In this document: positions 23,901 to 35,900 of the stretch, in pieces
How positions within the stretch are numbered: the stretch's first letter is position 1
How the letters are laid out: each line of letters opens with the position of its first letter
Source: Phyllobates terribilis
Taxonomy: Eukaryota
Reading direction: 5' to 3'
Length of the DNA stretch: 64,000 nt
Assembly: GCF_046119375.1 (NCBI RefSeq)
Contig: NW_027362768.1
Coordinates: 94,178,001 to 94,242,000 of the forward strand
Translations under genes and position numbers: made by a program
Notes under the pieces: generated by a model
The model's input: the letters and a program-made list of their open reading frames with translations, nothing else
Database searches by the model: none
Told to the model about the DNA's origin: nothing

Positions 23901-26900
23901 CTGATAATTTAGTTTAATGAACTTAATAAAAACTGAAAACCCTTTACTCACACGTGCACTTGCAGTTACTTATTTAATGGGATTTGTGGTTTTGGGTGGC
24001 ACTATATTGTCAGCAGTAGTGCCCATCATCACAGCTCAGACCATCATCTACATTACATCCCCAACTAAGCGACTATGGTGCAGATCTTATAGTATTATAT
24101 GCAGACAATCTGCAGGAGTAGCAAAGCTGCAGATAAAATGCACGGCATAGTCTGACCAGTCACCTGGGAAGGTCGGTTTCTCCCTGATCATGTACATCCT
24201 CAGATCTCTCCAGATTTCTTTTCAGGAAGAGACCTATAAATTGGGCATCGAAAAGTAATTCATAAATTCCCTTTATTTATAAACAGAAGGATCTATTCTT
24301 TTATTGTTATTTTTTTGCTTTCCTAAAAGTATAGTAGATGTAAAACTATAATTAAAGCGCACCGGTCAGCAGGATTGTGCTCAGTAACCTACATACACTG
24401 TCAGGTGGGCGACATTACACTGATTAAAATGATACCTTGGTTGATGAAATCCGTCCTGTGGTGGTTCGTGTATAATCTTTACTTTCAGTTTGTAGATAAT
24501 GATATACTCGTGCTCCGGGGCGGCCTCTGGGGGGCGCTCCTTCTTGTCCTCTGCTTACATATTAATCTCTATGCTCTTATGACAGCTCGTTGTGCCTTCA
24601 CTGACATTCCTCCTATTTTAAATAATGCATCTAGTAGTGCTGGGCTAGGTAAAATAGGCAGGTAAGTGAAGGCACAATGAGCTGTGATAAGAGCATACAG
24701 ATGAATATGTAAGCAGAGCACCAGATAGAGCGCCCCCACTGGCCGCCCGAAGCACGGGCATATCATTATCTCCAAACTGGCAGTAAAGATTACACAAGAA
24801 CCACTGGATGGATTTCATCAACCAAGGTATCATTCTAATCAGTGTAATGTCGCCCACCTGACAATGTATGTAGTTTACTGAGCACAATCCTGCTGACAGG
24901 TGCGCTTTAAAGGGGTTCTCTCTTGTGAAATGGGTAAAATTGCAAAGTGCTAGTGTATAAAAGCAACTTTGCAATTTAACTCTTATCAAAAATAGAGAGT
25001 TGTTTTTTAATAGTCTTAAGATAAGCTACAATAAAAAAAAAAGTCTGATGCTTATTACAGGTTCCAAAAATGTTGGTATGTCAAAGAAAATTAGATAGGT
25101 TACAGCTAGGCTACGAGCTCCTGACATTTGTCACAGTAATTACATAGGAATGCTGGAATACATCACCCAGATGGAGCACCCATCCTGACCATGGGAGATT
25201 CATCACACCTCTCTCCCAACACGTTCCATCATGAAATTTAGAATGACTCTCCTTTGTCTTGTCCTGTTTTAATTTCAGGTTTCCTTTCTCCAAGTCCCCT
25301 TCAAGTCTCCTGTACAGTACACATTCAGTGTGCCGAGGCAGAATAAATCTTGTACCTCGTCCCGAATTTAGTGGATTTCATCAAGTTTTTTCCCCCACTT
25401 TTTAGAGAAGTTAATTGCATCCGAACAATAGCTTCACTTGTATTATGACAGCTGCCGTATCCGGAGCCATTGATAGAAGAGACAGCGACCGCTGCCACTA
25501 AGATTATATGCACCATTTTGGGCCCTGTGGCACTGCCGCTTAGGGATTTTTAACTCTGTAGTCTACAGCTTGTTTCTTAGACAAGGAGATCTTGTTTGCA
25601 AGTTCTTTGCTGTAGACCTTGCAGGTGCTGCTCCTAAGCTGTTCTGATAGCTGGTGCGCTTCCGTGCCGCTGCGCTCCTCTGATGCCGTACAGACAGAGC
25701 TGCCTCTGCTTGCAGCATGAAAGAGTGCACTGTTCAGGCCGGCAGTGCCACCATGCCACTGGTCTGGCCTGTACCTGGTATCTATGAGGGTTACTTATTG
25801 TTAAATTCCATGTACTGCGCACTAAACACTCCGCTCACAGGCTGTACATGGATTTTCTCTTACAGGTTATGGAAAGTGAGGAGTTTATGCTTCTCCCCGC
25901 CAACCAACTGATCGACATCATTTCCAGTGATGAGCTCAATGTGCGCAGTGAAGAGCAGGTGTTCAATGCAGTAATGGCCTGGGTAAAGTACAGCATCCAG
26001 GAGCGCCGGCCGCAGCTACCACAGGTACTGTAAGAAGTTTCCTTAGACTTCCGCCATAGTACAGCATGGTGTGGACGTGCTGAGGGTTTGTTTTTTTATT
26101 TGCATGCAATAATATGTCAGAACAGTTCCAGCATTGAAAAGAGTTGGCAGTGCCCCCGATACTAAAGACCTATAAAGCCTGACTCCCCCATACATGTGTG
26201 CTGGATATCGAACGGGTTGAGGAATAGAGTACATCAGGTACTCTGCTAGTTTTAGTAAAGGTTCAGATGAAGGTCGGAGCTGAATATGAAGAGTTAAGAT
26301 GTCTTCCTAGTGTCTTACAAGCTTTGAGGATCCAATTATTTTCAGATATTAGGATAGCCTGTTTCCAGGTTTGATCCTTTCAATTAAGACCCAATAAATT
26401 TGATTGAGCCCCCAAAATTATAGGGGTTGTCAGTTCTTAGAAGCAAAGTTTGCAGTCACTCTATGTAAGTGCAAACTGATGAATCGTGAGAGTGTACAAT
26501 GAGCGCACTGTCACTATTCCCCAGTGGCAGTGGCCCGGTCCCCGGTGGTTGCTCACGTGCCCGTGAGCAGCCAACTGCATGGCCATATGTATGCAATGTG
26601 CACGTTTGCATTCATGTGCCGACTAGTCTCATCCAGCTTCTCCTAATCAAAGTGAATTTGAGAGCAGCTGGATGAGACTAGTTGGTACCTGACCAGAAAT
26701 GTGCAAATCGCATATGTACGGTCACGTGACCGCTGTCCCGCACACGGTATAAAGGAGAATCGTGACAGTGTGCACATCTCCAAAAGCTCTTCTGTAGAAG
26801 GTTCGTGAGTCAGGACCTGCCCATTGCTGCCTGGGTCTATATGGCTGCTAAAAAGAACAAGCAGTGTTTTAGTTGCATTAAATTAATAGAAAATTATTGC

Positions 26901-29900
26901 AAAAAAGACACTGCCTGTACGCATTTGTGGTCCCATTTAGATTCTCTGGTTCCAAGGTGTTTTTTTTTCTTTTCTGTAGGTTTTACAGCACGTCCGATTG
27001 CCATTGTTAAGCCCAAAATTCTTGGTAGGGACAGTGGGGTCTGATCCACTGATTAAAAGTGATGAAGAATGCAGGTACGTTACCTCCGTGTGCAGAAATG
27101 TTCTGAACGTTGTATCCTCTAGTTGTCTATTGTACTTAGCACCGCAGGACCCCGTCCTGATGAGTCCCTGCCATATAGAACAAAAAATAGCTTATTTTTT
27201 TATTTTATTTTTCATTTTAAAATCTGCACCAAATAGTCATTGATTTTGTAAATAATTTGCTTTTATGCGTTTGTTTTTGCTTACTAAAAGAAAAATGTAT
27301 TCTTTTGGTAGTTCCCGATTACCAGGCTGCATAATGGAGCAGTTGCACATCCGTGTGTGTCTGTGTGGATGGCGCGTGCGCAGTGGGAGCCGGCGTCCTT
27401 TATGCAAGACCTCAATAAAATGGCGCCGGAGGCGGCTCATGAGCAGATCGAGATTTCAGCTCTGAACTGCGCAGGGTACCAGAGCTCCTATCTTGGGATT
27501 TCTGGGGGTCTTGGTGGTCGTACGCCCAATGATCAGAAAGTTATCCCCTATCCTATAAATAGGGGATTACTTGTGTTTTGGGGGAAAACCCTTTAAGGAA
27601 ACAATCTGTACATGGAGTCTACACGGTGTTCCAAATTATTATGCAAATAATATTTTCTCAGATTTTCCCAAATGACCTATATGAATTGCAGTCATTGTAA
27701 TTTTCCAGTCAAATAACTATTAGAGTACAATTGAAAGGTTTTTGTACAAACTGCCTATGATAACAGTATATTTTTAAAAAAATAAAAAACTCAAACCACT
27801 CAAAATGCATGTTCCAAATTATTGTGCACAGCAGAGTTTTCAACCTTTTCATTTTAATAAAGAACAAAAAAGTGGTACAAAAACCTTTCAAATTTGGAAC
27901 ACAGTGTAGTTGGCAATTGTACGTGGAGGGAAAATGTCTGCATAAAAACAGAGAAGTTTCTCACTGGCGCCATTCTTGGAGGTATGTACCTTACAGGTCT
28001 GACGTTGCAACCCGACTAGGAATATTCGCCTTGACCCTCACTGGTGTAAAGCTGGGTTTGGCTCACTGGATCAACCAGAATAATGCTATAAACCCCAATC
28101 TCTAAGTGTAAAAAATGAATCTAAAAATCAAGATAGAAAGTGACCCGTCACTGAAATATGAAAAAACAGGTCAGTGGAGAAATGGAGCCATCATTTCACA
28201 TGGACATTTATCAACATTTTTTTTTAATAGGGACTTGGTGGATGAAGCCAAGAACTATCTTCTCCTTCCTCAAGAGCGTCCATTAATGCAGGGTCCCAGA
28301 ACGAGACCGCGGAAACCCATACGTTGTGGAGAGGTGCTGTTTGCAGGTACATTTGGCAGTTCTTCCGTAAAGTGGGTTGGAAATTAAAGGAAGATTCAAA
28401 AGGAAACCATAACAGTCGTTGTAATTATTATTTCATAAATCAGTAATGCACATGAAAATAAGCAACTTTGTAATATATCTTATCAGAGAAATCTGCTTCT
28501 ATCTCTGCCAGGACTTCACGGATACCCCTGAACATGTTTAACCCCTTTAAAGCCTGGTGCGTATTAGTACGCCCCAGGCCATGACCCCCGGTTCAGTGAG
28601 GGCTCCGGCGCTGAGCCCGCACTAAACCGGGCACATATCAGCTGATTCTTACAGCTGACATGTGCCCGCAACAGCCGCGGGTGAAATCGCGATCCACCCG
28701 CGGCTGTTAACCAGTTAAACGCCGCTGTCAATCTCTGACAGCGGCATTTAACAGCGCCGCGCCGGAAGCGTGGCCTTAACCCCGCCCATCAGTGACCCCA
28801 TCACGTGATCGCGGGTCACTGATGGGTGGGCATGGCAACCTGGGGTCTGCAGCAGACCCCTGTGGTTGTCATGTCTTGCTAGCTATGAGCGCCACCTAGT
28901 GGCTGGCGCTCAAAGCACAGGAGCATTTCTCTGCATACAGGCGATATGCTCATCGCTTGTATGCAGTAGAAACGATCAGGAAACTGCAGCTTCTAGTCTC
29001 CTATGGAGACTATTGAAGTATGCAGAAAGTGTAAAAAAAAAAAAAGTTTATTTTGCCCCATTCAAAATAAAATAATAAAAAAAAATTTCCACATACACAT
29101 ATTTCATATCGCCGCGTTCAGAATCGCCCGATCTATCAATATAAAAAAAGAATTAATCCAATCGGTAAACAGCGTAACGAGAAAAAAACTAAACTCCAGA
29201 ATTACGTTTTTTTGATCGTCGCAACATTGCAATAAAATGCAATAACGAGCGATCAAAACATCAGATTTATCCCAAAATGGTATCATTAAAAAAGTCAGCT
29301 CGGCACGCGAAAAATAAGCCCTCACCCAGCCCCAGATCCCGAAAAATGGAGACGCTACGGGTCTCGGAAAATGTCGCAATTTTTTTTTTCTTAGCAAACT
29401 TTGGAATGTATTTTCACTACTTAAATAAAAAAGAACCTATACATGTTTGGTGTCTATGAACTCGTAGTGACATGGAGAATAATAATGGCAGGTCAGTTTT
29501 AGCATTCAGTGAACGTGGTAAAAAAAAAACTGTGGAATTGCATTTTTTTTGCAATTTTACCGCACTTGGAATTTTATTCCCATTTTTCAGTACATGATAT
29601 GGTAAAACCAGTGATGTTGTTCAAAAGTACAACTTGTCACGCAAAAAATAAGCTCTCACATGGCCATATTGACCGAAAAATAAAAAGCCTATGGCTCTGG
29701 GAAGAAGGGGAGCAAAAAACGAAAGCGCAAAAAACGGAAAATGTTTTTCCTTTACAGTCGGAGGATGGTGTAGCGGTGATGCTATTTCTAGTGTAGAAAG
29801 GTACGACCCTCAGACCAACGAGTGGCGAATGGTGGCCTCCATGAGCAAAAGGCGCTGTGGGGTCGGCGTTAGTGTGTTAGACGACCTTCTGTACGCTGTG

Positions 29901-32900
29901 GGCGGCCATGATGGATCCTCATACCTCAACAGTGTAGAAAGGTACTTTTATTTATCTCTGTTTTATGTTCTGATTTAGCAAATTATATATAGGACATTGT
30001 TGAATATTTTGTGTCGAAAAAATATTACTTTTTTTCCTTTAGATATGACCCAAAGACCAACCAGTGGAGCAGCGATGTGGCGCCAACCAGCACTTGCAGG
30101 ACGAGTGTTGGCGTGGCTGTTCTAGGCGGGTATCTTTATGCCGTAGGCGGTCAGGATGGTGTCTCTTGTCTGAACATTGTAGAAAGGTATACATTAAAGT
30201 TTTTTCATTTCTTACTCCTTTTTTTGTACTGTTATGTGAGAAATATATTTTAAGGCTACAATTACACTAAGGGGCCGATTCATCACTTGCACTTTATTGA
30301 AGTTACTTTTTTTTTGTGGTGTTCGCTGAGGTTTTTCAAACCACATTTTTCATAATGGCGACCGCTATTTCATGAATTCGGTGCAGAATCATAAGTGTTT
30401 TTATTTTTTTCCGTTAACCAGTTTTTGCTACTTTTCAACACACACATCCTTTGAAAAGTTGCAAAAATGCGTCAAATTGAAAACCCCTCCAGAAACCTTA
30501 TTCTGGGCAGGGACTGGATTGAGATGCGCCAAAAAATGCAACAGTTGGTAAAGGTTGCATTTTAGGAGTCTATCTAAAACATCTGGATAAGCAAAGTTGT
30601 CAAGTAAAAAAAATAAAAAAAGACTTAAAGGGGTGGTCCAGCACATAAAATGTATTTTCTAACCATCTATCCTCATTCTCTAACCTATATTAAACAATAC
30701 CCTACACTTTCCCCTATCTGCCAAATCTCTAAATGTTTTTTTTACTGTATTTCCTGTGGCGGCTTGTTTGAGAGGAGTCTCAAACGTGATGTCACAGGAG
30801 GCTGGGGCTGCACTCACTCTCCCCAGTATCCATCGCCCCTCCTGGAACAGGACGTTACAGGGAGTAGCGCTGCTGTTACGCATTCATTTCTTGCATCACC
30901 ACCCCCTTTTGGAGATGTCCTAGATCCACCACCCTCAAACAAATCATCAGCAGGGGGTGGTGGTAGAAGCAGTGAGTGACACCAGCGCTGCCCCACAGCT
31001 TCTAGCACCTCCATCAAACGAATACATCATCAGGGGCTTTTCGCTGGTGTCATTCAGTGCGTCTATCACCGCCCCCTTCTGACTATTCATTTGAAGGCGG
31101 TGTTAGAAGCTGTGCAGTGGCGCTGGTGTCACTCACTGCTTCTACCTCTGCCCCTTGGCGACATCTTCTTTCAGTTAGATAGAATCAGAGAGCCAGCGCT
31201 GCACTCGCATCTCCCACAGCGTCCTTCACCCAGGATGTCTTCAGATAGGGCGGCGATGCAAGAAACTAGTGCGTAACTGCACTGCTGCCCCATTTTGAGA
31301 AGCCTCTCAAACAAAACGTCACAAAGTACAGTTAAAAAAATATATATTTAGGGAGAAGTGTAGGTTGTTGTGTAATAAAGTAAATTACAAAAGTGGTTAG
31401 GGTGTAAAGATAGTTAGAAAATACATTTTAGGTGCCGGACCAACCAATTTAAAAAAGAAAGAAGAGTTAAAAAAGTAGCACAAAACATAGAATAAGGCGC
31501 AAATAAAAAAGCCAACAAAAAGGAGCAAATTATTCTCCAGAAAACAAGAGAAGCAGCAATGATGAATCAAAACTCTTCATTTGTCTACTTAAAGGGAACC
31601 TGTCACTAGTTTTTTCATGTGTGAACTAAGACTTGCACTTTAATGAGCTCCTGTGCTGCATTCCACAAAGAGGTATATAACCCCTGACTCCCCCTATATA
31701 CCACCCAGAAACCTTTTGAAACTCTCCCGCACTGTATGTAAATCCTGCCGGTCCGGTCTGATAGGTGTCCTTGCTGAGGCGTCTATCCCTCCTCCCGGCT
31801 TTTGATCGTCGCCGTCCTGCTCTGATTGACTCTGATCCACATAGCTGGACGAAATCTAATGCCTGTGCAGAGACATCGCTGGCTCGCGCCTATGCACTTT
31901 GCTCTGCCCTACTGCGAGCAGAGCCGACAACATAAGGGCACATGCGCATCCGAGTACCCCAGGCAAACTCGAGTAACGAGCACTTGTGCTCATCACTTGT
32001 GATAACTTGTTGATCAGTGGCGGGATCTGACGTCTGGGACCTGCACCTATCAGTAGATCGGGGAACTTTAATCCACTACTTATAAAATGACATGGCAGGA
32101 CCACCACTCCACTCATTTTCAAGGGGTCTGTGCCTCCTAATTAAATTGTTTTTGTTTTGTTTTTTTCCCCTGTACCCATCTGACCTTTTCATATAGATAT
32201 GACCCCAAGGAAAATAAATGGACGCGGGTTGCCTCCATGAGTACACGAAGACTTGGCGTGGCTGTGGCAGTCCTTGGCGGTTTTCTGTACGCTGTTGGGG
32301 GCTCAGATGGAACGTCTCCTCTCAATACCGGTGAGGATTGCAGGCACTTTTTTTTTTTTTTTCTTTTTAATAGGAATTTGTCAGCAAATTGTTGTTGCTT
32401 TAGGCTCTTGTTTTGCTTCATGATCTTCTTTTTTTTTTTTTTTTTTTACCAGGATCTATAATGTAACATTTTCATCCACTTTGTATCAGATCTTTAATAA
32501 ATTCTTTTTCTCTATTTTCCAAAAATAAGTTTGGTTCCATTATTTATTTTAGAGCCAGAGATGCATTTACAGTTGATCAACACAAGGCTGCTTTGTTTTT
32601 TTTTGCATGGGAGTAAAAGATAGGTACACCTTTTGGGGGATTTTTTTTTACTTAAATGTATGTGTTTTGGGCCAAAAAAAACATTTTGCAATCTGGTTTT
32701 ATTTAAAAATGTTGGCACATTTGTCTTCTACAGCCTCTGTGTATCACTGTACATAGCAGAATGAGTTAACAGTGAATTTGTCAGTGAGTTCAGTAAACGT
32801 TAAATCTCAGTCTTGTAAGCTGATCTATGGCCACATCAAAGTTCAGTTGTGCAAAATGCTTTTCAGCCGTCAGACATGGTAATTCAGCGAACGTCCTTAT

Positions 32901-35900
32901 CATATGGTGTCGTAAATAGGACTACGTACTCCCATGACAGATCAATTTTAAAGAAATGTATAGTATAGGTGGTGTTACTGTATTTTATGAAACTTGGGCT
33001 ATCAATCTGCTGTACAAGTGAACCTTGTGCCATGACTGGTAGACACAGACAATCGTAATGCTTTTTGTGTTTTCCCATTTCAGTTGAGCGGTACAATCCT
33101 CAGGAAAACCGCTGGCACACAATAGCACCGATGGGCACCCGGCGGAAACACCTGGGCTGTGCTGTGTACCAGGACATGATCTATGCAGTAGGTGGACGAG
33201 ACGACACCACAGAGCTAAGCAGCGCCGAACGGTACAATCCCCGGACCAATCAGTGGTCACCAGTAGTTGCCATGACTTCACGACGGAGCGGGGTATGGAT
33301 GTGCTTACTTGAAGAAGAAGAAAAATTATATATAATTTTTTTTTTCTTTTTTTTGTTAATATTTATTTTATTTCCAGTGGGGAAAATAAGTATTTGATAC
33401 GCTGCCGATTTTGCAAGTTTTCCCACCTACAAAGAATGGAGAGATCTGTAATTTTTATCGTAGGTACACTTCACCTGTGAGAGACAGAATCTAAAAATAA
33501 AAACCAGAAAATCCCATTGTATGATTTTCAAATAATTACATTGAATTTTATTGCATGAAATAAGTATTTGATCACCTACCAACCAGCAAGAATTGTCTCT
33601 CACAGACCTGTTAGGTTTTCTTTAAGAAGCCCTCCTAATCTGCACTCATTACCTGTATTAATTGCACCTGTTCGAACTTGTTACCTGTATAAAAGACACC
33701 TGTCCACACACTTAATCAATCACACTCCAACCTCTCCACCATGGCCAAGACCAAAGAGCTGTCTAAGGACACCAGGGACAAAATTGTTGACATGCACAAG
33801 GCTGGGATGGGCTACAGGACAATACGCAAGCAGCTTGGTGAGAAGGCAACAACTGTTGGCACAATTATTAGAAAATGGAAGAAACACAAGATGACTTTTG
33901 ATCTTCCTCGGTCTGGGGCTCCATGCAAGATCTCGCCTCGTGGAGTAAGTATGATTCTGAGAAAGGTCAGGAATTAGCTCAGAACTACACGGGAGGACCT
34001 CGTCAATGACCTGAAGAGAGCTGGGACCACAGTCTCAAACATTACCATTAGTATCCCAGTACGCCATCATGGAGGTCCCCCTGTCCAGGCCCATTTGAAG
34101 TTTGCCAATGACCATCTGGATGATCCAGAGGAGGCATGGGAGAAGGTCATGTGGGTCAGATGAGACCAAAATAGAACTTTTTGGTATCCACTTCACTCGA
34201 CGTGTTTGGAGGAAGAAGGATGAGTACAACCCTAAGAACACCGTCCCAACCGTGAAGCATGGTGGGGGAAACATCATACTTTGGGGGTAATTGTCTGCAA
34301 AGGGGACAGTATGACGTACCGTATTGCAGGGAGGATGGATGGATGGGATAATGTATCATGAGATTTTGGCCAACAACCTCCTTCCCTCAGTAAGAGCATT
34401 GAAGAAGGGTCATGGCTGGGTCTTCCAGCATGACAATTACCTGAAACACACAGCCAGGGAAAATAAGGACTGGCTCTGTAAGGCCACAGCCCCACTATCA
34501 GTATTTGATCAGTATTTATTCTCAGAAGTGGGAGCCATAGCCAGGTGAGGAACAGTCAGAGAAAAGGTATAATAGATACAAGTCACCAATTCTGCATTTA
34601 TCACCCACTCCTGACCGAGTACTGACCAAATACTGATATTGGGGCCTTGTCTTTAGGGAGCATGTCAAGGTCCTGGAGTGGCCTAGCCAGTATCTAGACC
34701 TAAACCCAATAGAACAATGGAAACTCTTTGGAGGGAGATGAAACTCAATGTTGCCCCGAAACCTGAAGGATCTGGAGAAGATCTGTATGGAGGACTGGGC
34801 CAAAATCCCTGTTGCAGTGTGTGCAAACTTGGTCAAGAACTACAGGTAATGTCTGACCTCTGCAATTGCAAACAAAGGTTTCTGGACCAAATATTAAGTT
34901 CTGTTTTTCTATTGTATGAAACACTTATTTCATGCAATAAAATGCAAATTAATTATGTAAAAATCATATGTAATTTTCTGGATTTTTTTTTTTTTTTTAG
35001 TTTCTGTCTCACAGGTGAAGTGTACCTGCGATAAAAATTACAGACCTCTCCATTCTTTGTAGATGGCAAAATGTGCAAAATTGACTTTATCAACCATTTA
35101 TTTTCCCCACTGTATATGTATGTATATATTTTTTTAAGGTTTTGTATTTGTGATATTTCATACTTTTTTTTTTCCAATGCAATGTCAGTCACACGACATC
35201 AGTGAATGTCCTCTGTAGGGTGTCAGTGGGTATAGCACAAGGATCCTGCCATGTACGGCCGCCCAGACCCTGCATTAGACAGTGATTAGTGATTAGACCA
35301 ATAGTGAGCATCCTAAAGTGTGAAAATGTGTGTGTGTGTATTGAGATAGATATAGATAGATACAGATACTTCTCTAACTCTATAGATCATGAGGACCACT
35401 TTAAAAGGCTCCCTAGGGAGACTGCTGGAAAGTGGTTTATCTGCCCTAATGTGATGTGATGTCCAGTGTTCCCCCCCAATATCTCCTGAGTGGCCGTCTG
35501 ATACATGAGCCTTATTTTTGTTCATCCCTCACATCTCGGCCCGTTCTCAGTGCACACTGCTGGGAGTCAGACGTAAAGGACTAAACCAGGGATCCGAACC
35601 TTATTGATAAAATCGGGTGTGTGTTGCTTGTGCCGCAGGTGGGTCTTGCAGTGGTGAATGGACAGCTGATGGCAGTAGGAGGCTTTGACGGAACAACGTA
35701 CTTGAAGACGATAGAAGTGTTTGACCCCGATGCTAATACCTGGAGGTACGTTTTACCATTGCTTATTTTATTATGTACAATCACCCTGAGACCGCAGATG
35801 CCACCAATGTTCCAGGTCATACAAGTTCCGGCATGAATATGCTGGTTATAGACACAATTACTAGTTATTCCAGAATGGTGTCTGGCCAACCACATGGAGA

